Positions 1 to 14,327 of a DNA stretch of 64,000 nt are shown here, one piece after another. A program made the translations under genes and the position numbers. Within the stretch, counting starts at the first letter, position 1. The number at the start of each line of letters is the position of its first letter. The stretch lies in the NCBI GenBank assembly GCA_010015585.1, contig ML975152.1. The stretch is one strand, 5' to 3'. Source of the DNA: Eremomyces bilateralis CBS 781.70. Its lineage: Eukaryota. The notes under the pieces were generated by a model, which worked only from the letters and a program-made list of their open reading frames with translations, was not told the DNA's origin and ran no database searches.

Positions 1-629
<629 letters not shown>

Positions 630-770
630 GATGCAGCTACCAACAAATCTAAAAATTCAATGACAAGAAAAGTGACAGTCCGGATATTTCTCTGGATTCT
701 GGAGATTCCTTCTCTTTCGAACTCGAATTTATACGTGATATACTATCAAAGATTTCTATCAAGGGTTACG

Positions 771-777
771 TGACTCA
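771..777. promoter_or_regulatory. Gcn4/CpcA-type site TGACTCA in the LYS1/ARO4 divergent promoter
   Basis: Exact TGACTCA about 140 bp upstream of the LYS1 ATG; both flanking genes are amino-acid biosynthetic. Confidence 0.6.
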
Positions 778-1309
778 CTGGTGACTGGACTCATCGGCGG
801 TGGGATGAAGTCACGGAAATTTGATATGCTACGGCGGACGACAGGAGCTCGAAATGCTTCGCCTCCATTTTCGGGGAAATTTCGAGACTGGTGTCACTAG
901 ACTCCCACCACAATTGACAGAGGTAAAGAAGTCATTGGCCTTGCAAAATCGTTGGCCACAATGGGAGTTACAATATCTTTACATTAAACTCTTAAAAGAG
1001 TCGAGAGCGGTAACATGGCATGGCCATCCGATGCTTCGCTTGATGCTGTCCTGCGCCACCAAAACCCAGTACAGCTCGTGACTCCTATGCGATATTGAAC
1101 GAAGCTTGAATTGATCTAAGGACCGATTCTCGGAGGAAGAAGGGAGACGCCAAAGCCAATTACAATGCATCCTTTCCAATCTATCCGATGTCCTGGTCAA
1201 TATCCTGGTCAATGCAGCCAGCAGACATAGATTCACAGTTTGTCGGGCGCGTAGTTACGCCACGAATTGATCGTCTGGTTCACTTGCTCCGTCTGCTCCA
1301 GAATTCTTT

Positions 1310-1316
1310 TGACTCA
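1310..1316. promoter_or_regulatory. Gcn4/CpcA-type site TGACTCA upstream of the DAHP synthase gene
   Basis: Exact TGACTCA about 155 bp upstream of the ATG at 1471. Confidence 0.55.
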
Positions 1317-1470
1317 CCGCCAGCATTACAGCTTTCTTCAAATTCTTTCAGCTTTCGTCTTTTCCTTTCTTCAGTCCACATCTCTATCCTAACATTCCCT
1401 TCGACTCCTCCCGAATTCATCAATTTCTAGTCTCGTTTCTCTAATCCCCACGCGCAACGCACTCACCATC

Positions 1471-2713
<1,243 letters not shown>

Positions 2714-3113
2714 GGAGGGGAAAGAGTGGGTGGGGGTTATGCGAAATGAGATGGTTCGGGAAAAGTATTTGTGTTTCCGGGAGAGGGAGGATTAATAGAG
2801 GCGTTACAGTGCAGTATGACTTATGAAGAGGGAGGGTGACTTGGCATAAAAACAAAAAAGCAGCTAGAGCATCAGATCGGATCCGCAGGGGGAGATGATC
2901 AGGACGTCATGGTTGCTAAATTAATGATGCTCGTTGGAACGAATGCCATGCATATTATCTTTATGGGATGGTTATATATACTTTTGTGTATACATCGTCG
3001 ACCATTCGACATGATATCCGCCTCTCAGACTACTCCGCTATTCACGATAATTGTAGACAGTCCCTCCTTCACCTCTGCTCGGAAACACCACTGGCAAAGC
3101 TAATGTATCCCAC

Positions 3114-5979
3114 TCAGTGTACCACTTGCATTCTGCGCACTTCCATCTGGATAAAAGAACGCGCAAACCCTACATCGAAATGTTAGCCCATACCCATCAA
3201 CCCATCAAAAGTTCCACTTACGCAATGATAATATACGACGATACCAACAACGCCCCCTCCAAATAATTACTCCTTCCATCCAGAATCAAAAAGTTCGTCA
3301 CGAACGCCGTCACGATCAACGACGCCGTCTCAAACAGGTTGAAATACAACGTCATCTCCTTCCCCAGAATCCACCCGAGGATCACCACCAGCGGCGTCAC
3401 AAACAGCGCGATCTGAATCGAGCTGCCCACCGCCACCCCGATCGCCAGGTCCATCTTGTTCTTGCTCGCCACCATCACCGCCGTCACGTGCTCCGCCGCG
3501 TTGCCAACTACGGGGAGGATGATTAGCCCGATGAACGCCTGGCTGACCGTCGACTGCTCCGTCATCGCGGGGATCGCGTCGACGAGGAACTCCGCGCACA
3601 GTGCGACCAGGCCGGTCGAGATGAGCAGCGTGATCACTGCGGTGGTGCGCGACATGGCCCGCACGTGCTCGGCGGGCTCGTCGCTGCTAATCGGGCCGTC
3701 GGCGCCGGTGTTGATCGGGCGGGGATGGGGCGCGAAGACCGGGGCGGCGATGCGCGGGTTGATGGGCGCGGGGCTGGAGGTTGCGGGGCGGTTGAGGCGG
3801 TCGGGGAGGGAGGAGGTGCGGCGGAGGCCGGGGGTCGCGCGGGTGGGGGCGTTGGCGCCGGCGGGGGCGGGCGTGGCGGTGCTGGAGAAGACGGTCTGGG
3901 AGAGAAGTGTGGGGAGGTTTGCGCGGGAGAATCCGGGGCGGGAGAGGGGGCGGCGCATGTTGAATGGATTTCGGGCGTTGGGAGACTCGTTGTATTGGAT
4001 GTCTTCGGAAAATCCCACTTTGGGCGTCGCAGTGGCGGGATCTACGGGATCGAGTAGGGAAGTCGGGTCCTTAATATCGGTGGGGGCATCATTGTGCTCG
4101 GGCTCGGGCTTGCGGTGATGACGCTGTTTATACTTTCGTTTCTGTTTCTTTCCCCTACGTTTCTGTTCGAGAGATCGACTGGCTGCAGTGTCCTGGTCGA
4201 CTCCGAAGTCTCTCACTCCAGCCGGCCCATGAATGTGTTCATCACCGTCTATGTCTGCCTCGTCCCCACTGATGATGGCTCCAAGGTTGTGATTGCGATG
4301 GGTAGCGCTTCCAGGCATAGTTGATACAGCTCCGTTCGCATCATGAGTGGCATGATCCGCAGACGTAGTAAGATCGGAAGGTGGAGTCTGTGTATCTTTG
4401 GAGCTGACGCTCGACTTTCGTCGCCTGCGATGACGGAAGGCCTTTCGGATTCTCTTCGCTGTCGTATGCGATCCGGATGAAGAATCGCTGTCGCTTGAAC
4501 TTGAGCTGTCGTCGGAGCTTGACGAACTGGATGAGCCGCCAAGGACATCCGCGAGTAATCCAGGGTGGGATTCCTCATCGATAATATGTTGCGGTGTACT
4601 CTCGTACAGATATGCATGGGACTTCAATTGGAACAGTAGATAAAGCACATAAACGATCAAGAGGATCTAATACGTGTCAGAATGGTAGGAGGAGATGATC
4701 GGTTATCACGTACTACACTGGTACCTCGACTGATCTTCAAGGTGGATTGATCGGCAAGATTAGAGTCAGAGAAAGAGGCGTGGAAGGCAGTCTACAACTC
4801 GCGTTAGCAAGCAGCCTGACCACTGTAATATACGCCGGTTCAAAGGAGACCTACAGGCAACACCAAGCTCAGAACACTCAAACTGAGCATGCAGGCGCTC
4901 ATCTGCGTGACCGTACTGTTGTAGATCTGTCATAGTTAGCACCTTTTTCGTCAGAAGAACATTTCAATCTAACCTGTTCCCGATAGCGAAGACCTCCAAC
5001 GACGAAGGCCATTCCAAGAATCAAAAGCAAATTGGCCAGGATGGATCCGATGAGGGAGGCTTGCACAATGCGAATTTCATTCTACAGGAATCATTAGAAT
5101 TCGATATTGTTCCTGAGCCATTATTTTGACTTACTTTCACGAGAGCGATGCTATAGGGGGGAAGGAAGACTAAGTCAGCAACCATGGTTCATAAATTGAA
5201 GAGATGCAAACAGGACCAGACCACGCCAATTCTAGATGTAGAAATAAAGCATGTCGGTTGGCTGGTAATTGGTGCTGGACATACATGCTAGATATTGTTA
5301 GCAGAGTACTTCGCCCATCCAATTCCCAAGCTTACAATATAATCAATTCCACCGCATTGCCAAAAGTAACATTCAGCAATGCACCGACGGTGTCCCCCAA
5401 TTCGCTAGCCACATTCTCGGTCGCATGACCAAGCATTCCCGCCAAGGGCACGATAGCCACGGCGTTCATGGCGAAGATGAGCTCCGGGTTATCGGTGGCA
5501 AAGTTCATCGCGATGCCAATCGGCACGAAAATGAGGAGCACATTGACCCAGCTATGAGTCAAGACTTTCTTCGTATGCTGGACGAAGCGGACAGAACCAT
5601 TTCTGACGCGGAGAAGACTCATACCGGGCTTTTCCGGCCCGGTCTTCTCGTTGTCTAGGGCGGCAGATGTCGCTCCATCAGGTTCGGTATGATTGGGAGG
5701 CGACGTCGCCGATGCATCGTTGTCCGCGGTGGGATTCGAGACGTTCTGGCTGAGGTTGCTCCTCGATCGAGCGAGGGGCGACGCGACAGGGCTGCCATTG
5801 CCTAGCCGTTCTTTTATGATGCCGCCGGCGGGAGTGTATGAGCGTGTGCGCTGGAGATGGTCCCGGCGGTGCAGCGGGAGCTCGGGGTCTCGGGCGGATC
5901 GCGGTTCGTCGGGAGCATTCGTACGCGTCCAGGAACGGATACGGTCTATCACGCTCGAGTAGTCAGAGAGGTTTCCCAT
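3114..5979 (-). CDS. Vacuolar Ca2+/H+ exchanger (CAX/VCX1 family) with a long Ser/basic central loop; multi-exon
   Basis: Alpha-1 repeat GNAVELII and alpha-2 repeat GNAAEH; exons NEIRIVQASLIGSILANLLL and IYNSTVTQMSAC; SNYLEG; last exon ends FFYPDGSAQNASGTH* at 3114. Confidence 0.92.
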
Positions 5980-7105
5980 AGATTTGAAGTGGAACAGCAG
6001 CCTGATGGAAGTGGAATGAAGAAGGAATAAAGGGAAATAAGAAATCGCCAAGTATGCAAGACGAGTCTGGGGGAGAGTCGGACAAGCTGGGGTTTATGGT
6101 AGTAATAACTAATAAGCCGCCACCTGCAGTCCGAGCCAACCCTACACTAGCAGGGCCCAGGCTGATAACAGATTGCCAGAGCCACGGCCAGATTGACAAG
6201 GGAAATAACTGGTGGAGCTTGACCATTGAGGCACAGTGGTACACTTACGCATATCAAACCTAAAGGGACCGCAATGAGGATCGATTCAATGATTGTAGAA
6301 AACGCCTGACCAGATGAAGATCGTCCTAAGTAACATCTATCTCTAAGGAATCTGATCGCATTCAACATTTAAATGCTATGTAAGTCAGTGACATGGAACT
6401 CGCTGCTTGATGTGTTGTGACTTATAGGATCACAGGGTGAACAAGGGAAATGGTGGCTGAGGTGTTACAGTACTTCAAGTCTTCAATCATCAATTTCGTC
6501 ATCGCCCCCATCAATACGATTATACGACGGGAGTCATACCAAGTTCCAAGTTCCAACCAGCAAGTCTAACATGGTGCATCATTCAACAATTCAACCCAGG
6601 GTTTCCATCCACTACGGTGCCACAAAGGACTGAGGGGGTTCTCTCAAGTACTGTCTGCCCTTGTCGGTGTAGAGAGGCTGGTTTGTCTGACCCTCCCACG
6701 TCCCTCGCCATAAAAGCCATTGACCTGGTTCCTGATATCTCATCTAGATCTCATGTTGGAGAATGGGGAATATGGACTGGTGAAGAGTATTAACATATTT
6801 GTCTTTGGATGGTCCACATTGCGTTTTCCGTGCAATATGCCATGGCCAAGCCATACTCGAACGTACATCAGTGGCCATGACCGGCTATACCTATTGTTGC
6901 ATTGCATTCAGTTCCTGAGCTATTGACCGTGATGCCTATGGAGTCACCGCACGCATTCGCTATCTGCATGTAGTAATCCCTTCTTCGTCCCTACCCGCAC
7001 CCTACCCTGCGTCTACATTAGTATCGCTGTCCTTTTAGCCCTCCCCTAACCCTCCCAACCGTCTCCCCCCACAAAACACCCTATTCATTACCAAAGTCCC
7101 TCACA

Positions 7106-7672
7106 ATGCCTATCATCGTCGAGCCCTACGACCCCCAATGGCCCATCTCCTTCCAAGCTCTCCGCACTGAACTCACCACCGCCCTCTTCCTCGTTCCCTT
7201 CCTCTCCATCGAACACGTCGGCAGCACCTCCGTCCCCGGCCTCGCCGCCAAACCCATCCTCGACATCGACGTGATCGTCGCGCGACCACATGTCGCTGCC
7301 GCCATCGCCGCCCTCGAAGCGCGGCTTGGGTACACGAACATGGGGGAGTGGGGCGTCCCGGATCGGTGGGCGCTGCGGCGGGCGCCTGAGGTGCCGGCGA
7401 GGAATCTGTACGTGGTAGTGGAGGGGTGTCAGGCAGTTCGGAACCATCTGGCGGTGCGGGATGTATTGAGGAATGATTGGGGATTGAGGAAGGAGTATGC
7501 GAGGGTGAAGATGGCGCTGGCGGGGCGGACACAAGATCTAGATGAGTATGTAGAGGGGAAGTCGGAGGTGATTATGGTGATTTTGGGGAAGGGGGGGTTT
7601 GGGGGGGAGGAGTTAGAGGAGATACGGAATCGGAATAGGAAGCCTGATACGAAGCCGGAGGATATAAAATGA
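7106..7672 (+). CDS. GrpB/UPF0157-family protein (nucleotidyltransferase-like fold), intronless
   Basis: Signature YDPQWP...IEHVGSTSVPGLAAKPILDIDV...HLAVRDVLR...EYARVK...Y..GKS. Confidence 0.85.
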   Translation: MPIIVEPYDPQWPISFQALRTELTTALFLVPFLSIEHVGSTSVPGLAAKPILDIDVIVARPHVAAAIAALEARLGYTNMGEWGVPDRWALRRAPEVPARNLYVVVEGCQAVRNHLAVRDVLRNDWGLRKEYARVKMALAGRTQDLDEYVEGKSEVIMVILGKGGFGGEELEEIRNRNRKPDTKPEDIK

Positions 7673-7814
7673 TTGTTGGAGGTTGATTCCGTGTTTATGA
7701 TCGTAGGGAAAACGCATCTATAGATATCAAATAGTCGTTCAGAAACCCGTTCCCACCCAGTACCAAACCCGCATGACATCGTAAGCAACGCCTTAACACC
7801 TCCACCCCCCCCGC

Positions 7815-8630
7815 TCACGCGCTCCTCAACGCCCTCAGCCGATCCCCCAGCCCCTCCTCCTCCTGCTCCGTCGGCCCTAACTTCGTTTTCACCGGCGCCG
7901 CCGCCTCCAGATCCTGGTGGAACTCTACGCCCGCCTCGTCCGCCACCTGGCTCATCAGCCGGTCCACGTCCTCCTGCGGCGTCGCGACCGCGGTGGCCGA
8001 GCTAGTCGCGTTCTCGTAGTACCCGGTCGCGACGTCGAGGTCTTCGAATTGCGTTTCGAACTTGTCCATGATGGCGGAGATCTGCAGGGGAGGGGGTTAG
8101 TCGATCGTGTGGGGAGAATATAATGGGGGGACAGTTGGCTGGTGCTGTGGATGGCGATAAAGAAAACACCTACCCGCTCGAGGTCCATCGACTTCATCGC
8201 CTGGTCCATCCCACGCACCACGTTCCCCATGCTCTGCGATACCGAGCGCATCGTCACGGCGGTCTGCACGCGGCTACTCACGGCGTCGATGCGGGAGCCG
8301 AGCTTGAGGAGGTTGAGCTTTTCGTTCTGTTTGCGGATGGCGTTCTGCGCATAGATTTTGGCGATGTCTTGGTGGCCTTGTTGGATCGCCTAGGCGGGAG
8401 GAGGGAACGAGTTAGCCGGGCTGCGTCGATGGTGGTAGTGTAAGCGGAGAGAGGGGATCATACCTTCTTTAACTTCCCTTTCTCAGTCTGCTCATCTTTA
8501 CCGGCTTTGGCAGCTTGTCGGTTGAGTTGTTTCGCGGTGAACTGGCGGACGGTTAGCGGTGGAGGATCGTAGACCGGGAGGGCGGGTGCCTGACCTTGAG
8601 GTTGAAGAGGGCCTTTTCTAAGCCGGACAT
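7815..8630 (-). CDS. DID2: ESCRT-III-associated protein Did2/Vps46 (CHMP1), 3 introns
   Basis: [29 protein letters not shown]...[38 protein letters not shown]...[13 protein letters not shown]...DRLRALRSA (MIM1-like tail). Confidence 0.92.
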
Positions 8631-9314
8631 GGCGATATCGAGAGGAGCAATAGATATTTAGGACTCGGGGAAAGGACTGATGTATTCAAATGAACCGTCA
8701 CAGTGTTAAATGAAGATCTCAGGGTTGCTCGAGGGAACAATGGTCTGTGTATGAGTTGATGAGAGATGGCTGTGGATGTGGTGGATGACCAACGAATGGT
8801 GAACCAACGTCATTCAGCCGCCCCACCACCAGAGGTCAACAACTTCACTTTGTCCAGTCATGCTTCACACATATAGCTTACTTCATATCGCACAGCGACT
8901 TTCAAGATGTGAGAGAAATACTAATTCGTTCATGCATAGTATCCAACGATTCGTACACTAATTTGTAGCTTTCATGGTTGGTCGGCTGCCGTCCCCAGGA
9001 CGATCAGTTGACGATCAGTTCACCCCCCGAACGTTCCTAGTATCAGACTCATAGCTCAAATTACCATTCCATTCATCCTAACTTTCAAGAAATATCGGGT
9101 GGGGAGAATCTCCAATACAGTACATAAGTCTGATAAGATGAGACTTGTCAACCCAAAAATTCGTTCTCCAAACGTCCCATCATGTCAATCCAGACTCCGC
9201 CAACCAACAAGACTCCTGATCATGACTAAGATGGGAGGACATCCAAAAGGCAAACAACCACCCTCAAACCCATATCAAGGGAAGCATAAGATTCAAGTCC
9301 AATTCCGCCCAAGC

Positions 9315-10888
9315 TCATGCCTTCGGCACGAAACCAACTTTCGTACCATTGCCCGAACAGCATGTCAACGTCAACCCCTCAATCCACTCCTCCGGGTCCC
9401 GACTCTCCATCTTCCACGTCGCAAACTCCTGCGCGAACCGCGTCACCACGTACCCCGCTTCCGTCAACGCATACTGCTGACCGACGCAGATCCGTGGGCC
9501 GCCGTTGAACGGAAGATACTGCCAGTTCTGGCGCAATGACTCCCAGCGCTCCGGAACGAACTCGTCGGCGTCCTCCCCGAAATAGTCCTTGCGTCGGTGC
9601 ATGGAGAAGGGAGAGTAGTTGACGGCCGTACCTTTGGGGACGAAAAGGGGTGATAGCCCGTCTTCACCGCCGCCGCGGGGAATCCAGGTGTCGCGAGTGG
9701 CCGTGCGAGCGTTGCCGGGTACGACGGGGTTCAGGCGGAGGGCTAGTTGAATCAGCATGCGAATAGGATGATGGAGAGCAGGTACGTACATTCCGAGAGA
9801 CAGTATTGGAGGTACTTCATTTCCTTCAGCTGTTCGTAAGTGGGCAGGTCCCCCCTGAGCGTCGTTTGCGCTTCCTCGACGATTTTCGCCCAGATCGCGG
9901 GTTGCTTGGCCAGGTGGAAAAACAGATTGCTGAGGAGGGAGGCGGTGGTGTCGCGACCGGCGAGCAAAACGTTGAACAACTCATCTCGAAGGCGCTTGCT
10001 GTCGCTGGTCGACTTGGCCAGTTCGTGCAGGAAGACATAACTCCCCTTCTTGCTGGTGGCCTTCTCCAGGTCGACGGATTGCCGATATTTGAGCGCCTTG
10101 TCGACATATTTGTCGAGGAAATCCCAGCAGACTTTCTTGCACTCGGCCTCCTTCGGGTTGTACCAAAATCGGCTTAGAGGGCCTAACCGGAGATTCATCA
10201 CGGTTAACTCCAAGGCTTGGTTAAACGCTTTGGTAAACTGAACTTCCTCGGACAGTCCAGTCGTGTCATCACTTGACAAGCTATTGACCGATTCGCCAAA
10301 CAAGAACTCCGTCGCCGAATCAATGGTCAGTCGGAAGAACAGCTCCTGGAGATCGACGGTCGATCCATCGCGAGGGATACAGTGGAATAGCTCCTGTATG
10401 TGTCGCTCGAACATGTCGAGGTTGGCGACCTGCTTGCGATCGAAGTTGGGCTTGATCATGGCGCGAGAATGCTTCCACGCCGGGCCGTCCGTCGTGAAGA
10501 TGCCGATCCCGAAGAGCGGACCCAGGGTGTGCAGGCGGTTGAGTTCGAAGTCACCGAATTGATCGTGAAGGATGGCTTTGACGTTCTCTTTCTCTCGCGT
10601 CATGATCATCTTCCTGCCCAAGACGTTTATCCAATACGTATGGCCATATTTGTCGAATCGTTCTTTGCCGGATTCCAAGAACTTCTTGTTCTTCGCGGCG
10701 GCCATGTTCTTTCTCACGCTGTTCAGGCCGAGAACATCGTTAATTTCTTTCGGAACAGATGTCGGGGGGCGGCATCCATGCTCCGCGGCGAATGCTTTTC
10801 TTCGGAAGTATCGCTGAATGCGACCGACGATGAAATATACGGTATACACTCCGGCGAGGAGGATGAGACCTAAGATTGAGGTATGCAT
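9315..10888 (-). CDS. Cytochrome P450, CYP52-like (alkane/fatty-acid hydroxylase clan); intron 9789-9743
   Basis: GIFTTDG..WKHSR, I-helix AGRDTTA, spliced ExxR (ESLR), PERW, heme motif FNGGPRICVG. Confidence 0.9.
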
Positions 10889-12797
10889 TTTGAATTTCTG
10901 GGGTACAGGCGTCCAAAAAATCAAATTCGTTGAAACAACAGCGCTATCGCTAGTTAAGTTTTATATCCGTCATGCATATATCTTGATATTATCGTCGTAT
11001 TATGCAGGTCGAAGGAGGATCCCGTTACTCGAATGGGAACTGAGCCCAAAACCACAGGTGGCACGAAGGATATGAAATCTTGCCACGAGATTGCGTCTAA
11101 CACCCACGATGGACAAGAGATGGTTGCCGAATATGATGAAAAAGGCGACTCTCCCGTGTCATGCAAGGGGACAAGGAAACCGGAACAGAAGTGAGGGAGC
11201 CTTAGAATGAGCGTCGGTTACTTTTATAGAGGTTCAAATATAAGCAGCGAGTCATCCACGCCATTTTAACACGAGCAACAAGATATTAGTTAGGGTGTCC
11301 ACTGTCCAGTCGGCAGTGTCTCAAAAGTCAGAACTTCAGTCAAAGTCAAGGTGGCTAACACGAAGCTCGTTCCGCACCCTCGTCCGTGGCTGCGGGATTC
11401 TTTCTAGAAACGGCCCCAATTCCCCATCCACTTATCTAATTGCTGACACGTAAGGCATGTATTAGGCCCTTAGGGCTAGGCTGCCAGCCGCAAGATTCGC
11501 GTCTGACAGTACGTACTCATGTAGTATTCCGCATGCACTCCACACGATCTTTGCCTGGAACCCGTGGGTGGGGCTGTCCGCTGATTGATATCGCCTCAGA
11601 GTCTACACCATAACGCATACAGCTTCTACATACATGTCTTAACAAGCAAATAATAGGCACACGGCACCTGAGGAGTCATCAAGCATTCCACGCAAGGTGT
11701 TCATTTTCAGTACGTCAGGGGCCAAGAGGACGACCCCACTCCCCATGTCAAGCCCCACACCGACCCTGCGGCAGGTCGGCGTCTCCGCATTCAGGCCCAG
11801 GGCCTAGCAGTACTGCAGTAGCCAGTAGACACTGATCCTTACGGCTTAGCCTACGAACGCGTTGACATTGACATGAACATGAATAATAATGAGTGACGTT
11901 GCGCTGCGCACATAAGCCACTTGGCCGTCGCGTCCAATCGATCTAGCGATAGCTAGCCGAGGATCGTTATGCCGCAGTCCGCGGGGCGTAGATTGCGAGA
12001 GGGTGGACGCAGCAAATTACTCATCTAGATTCCGAGTGATTCTCAATCGCCGAACCGGCGAATCGGCATTGCGGCGATCGGAGATGCGGCGCAATCAAAC
12101 TGCCGGATGATCGGTTGCATTCGCGTCAATGTCGCGGATGTCAGGGGGGCAATGGTGATGTTCGATGCAAATTGAAATGCCAGGCATGTGCAAACTACAA
12201 ACTGCAAATGCTGTTAACCCAGTCAGCTTTGGGAACCTCTCCCTTGCGAATCCCACACTAGGTTGTAGATAAGTCCATCCCGCAGCTATCGTGGTGAATG
12301 CCGCCTTTCGATTTGTACCTAGGACGGCAAGGGCACGAATAGCATTCTATAGCTAGCTAGCAAGGGGACGGAGTAGTAAATAAATAGTAAGTTATATATA
12401 TGTCTTACTATTTTTCCATCAGGTGGCTTACTCACTTCTAGGACAAAATAGTCGAACAAAGGATGATGTCAGCGCGTCGCATTCTATAAGCAGAAGTCCG
12501 ACTGTCCGTGTAAAGTCCGTTTCTGAACCCAGTCGTGAATTTGGGTATTAATGGTTCTATCCGGTCAAAGAAGTCGCCTATTGAAGCCCAGTATGATCTG
12601 CAAATAGGAGTGCCAAGGATGTAAAATTTGACCGTGCTGACTGCCGACCATAGGAGTCTATTGATTACCCAACAATAAGATTATTAGGAACTTGTACATA
12701 CAGGAATTCATCGCCTGAGAGCGGGTGAAAAGGAACCTCTATACCCATCTTTCGAGTAGTGCTGGTCTCCTTCTTCCTCGGCCTTCAACGCCTCTGA

Positions 12798-14327
12798 TTA
12801 CAGAACACTCTCTCTAAAATGTACCCCTTTTCGAGGGCTGCCGTCTGAACCCACAGGCCGATTACTCACACCGGTACTTCTCGGAACCGAAGATATCGTG
12901 ATAGGAGCCGGCTTTGCGCCCAAGATGGGTGCGAGCATGGGTGGCTCTGATTTCGAACCTGCACGTCTTAGGCCCCTGAGTAGCTGACGGAGGGACTGGT
13001 CAGCACTGCTTCGTCGTAGTCCCTGTGTGGGTGGTCTCGATCCGACTAGCTTGGAACCAGAACGTGGCGAGTTGGGGTCGTTGATGAGGGTGGAGCTAAT
13101 AGAAGGGTAGGATAGTTGGGTTGAAGACCTGCGTGCTTGTGCTCGTAGCAGCGATATGCTGTCCTTGTGGCCGGTGAAATGCTGCTCATAGGGAGGGCGG
13201 CCGGTATTGGTGGATAAGGTAGAGCGGAGGTCCGATGCAGGAACTGTGGATCCGTGCCGATACCCTTTCAGTTTATGGTCTGTGACTGAGGACTCGGACG
13301 TTTGGGGCGACTCTGTAGATGTTGCTCGCTTTGATGATCGTTGACTGTGGCGCTCGCTATTCGGTGGCACAGTCAGGATAGGTGTGACGTCGTATGAGAC
13401 ACTACCGGAGCCTTGATATCGCCTTCCGCCTCCAGGATATCCTTCGCTGGAGTGATCCCGTAATCGGAGAGAACCAGAAGCGTCACCACTCCAAGACCAT
13501 TCTGCCAGTTTACTATCGACCAAGCTGAGTGAGTTTCGCTGGTTAGTAGAGGCCTTGCCTATACGTGGTGGACCGGACTTTGTTGGAGAACGCGTTCCGC
13601 GGGAGATCCCAGGGCTCCAGTGACCTGAACCGTCGGTGCCCTCAGAGACATTCTCCTTCCACATCACCTCGTAGACACTCGTGCCAGACCGGAACATTTG
13701 GAATGTCACATGGTGAGAACCCTCGTCGCTAGCAGGCAACCGATCGGGGAGTCTTTGAGACACGGCTACCGAACGTGCATGTGTATGTGTTGTAACGGGC
13801 TCGGCAGGTGTTGCTCGTATCGTGTCAATCGTGCTACACTTGCGCACAGTAGGCGTCACCGCGAACGGACCGTTTCTAGTGGCCCATGACTCCAGCGGAG
13901 GTAGAGACATTCTCCCACTGCTCCACCTCACATGCCTAGCCTCTTCAGGGACACAACAGGCGGTATGTGAGACGCTTTCCCGACTCGCTCGGCAGGGGCG
14001 CTTGGCTATGATGGGATAGAAATGTCCGAACTCGAATGGCTCGTGGTCATTATCCGCCGAGCTGCGTTGTCGATGGACACTATGTCGCTGTTGAAGATTA
14101 TGAAGGTAGGGCGTATCAGAATCAAGGTCCGAGGACCACGGGGATCGCGGTGGATCATTGATGGGAAAGGAGTTGGATCTCCTTGTCAACTTTCGAACCG
14201 ACGACTGCGACCCTTCACTATGCCGATTTCCCCTCGATCTGGGTCCAGTGTTGATTTGATGCTCGCAGACCCCATGTCCAGTATCCACAGACCTGATAAG
14301 AGCAGGCACTGATTGTGACGGGGACAT
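12798..14327 (-). CDS. Hypothetical Ser/Arg-rich, probably disordered protein (509 aa)
   Basis: 1.5-kb ATG-started uninterrupted ORF; no family recognised. Confidence 0.55.
   Translation of the reverse strand: MSPSQSVPALIRSVDTGHGVCEHQINTGPRSRGNRHSEGSQSSVRKLTRRSNSFPINDPPRSPWSSDLDSDTPYLHNLQQRHSVHRQRSSADNDHEPFEFGHFYPIIAKRPCRASRESVSHTACCVPEEARHVRWSSGRMSLPPLESWATRNGPFAVTPTVRKCSTIDTIRATPAEPVTTHTHARSVAVSQRLPDRLPASDEGSHHVTFQMFRSGTSVYEVMWKENVSEGTDGSGHWSPGISRGTRSPTKSGPPRIGKASTNQRNSLSLVDSKLAEWSWSGDASGSLRLRDHSSEGYPGGGRRYQGSGSVSYDVTPILTVPPNSERHSQRSSKRATSTESPQTSESSVTDHKLKGYRHGSTVPASDLRSTLSTNTGRPPYEQHFTGHKDSISLLRAQARRSSTQLSYPSISSTLINDPNSPRSGSKLVGSRPPTQGLRRSSADQSLRQLLRGLRRAGSKSEPPMLAPILGAKPAPITISSVPRSTGVSNRPVGSDGSPRKGVHFRESVL

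Noticed and set aside
7034..7062. Telomere-like CCCTAACCC words
   Set aside because: Isolated degenerate copies in a C-rich leader, not an array.
11957..11962. CCGAGG (FarA-type fatty-acid response site) upstream of the CYP52-like gene
   Set aside because: A single 6-mer in about 2 kb is expected by chance.
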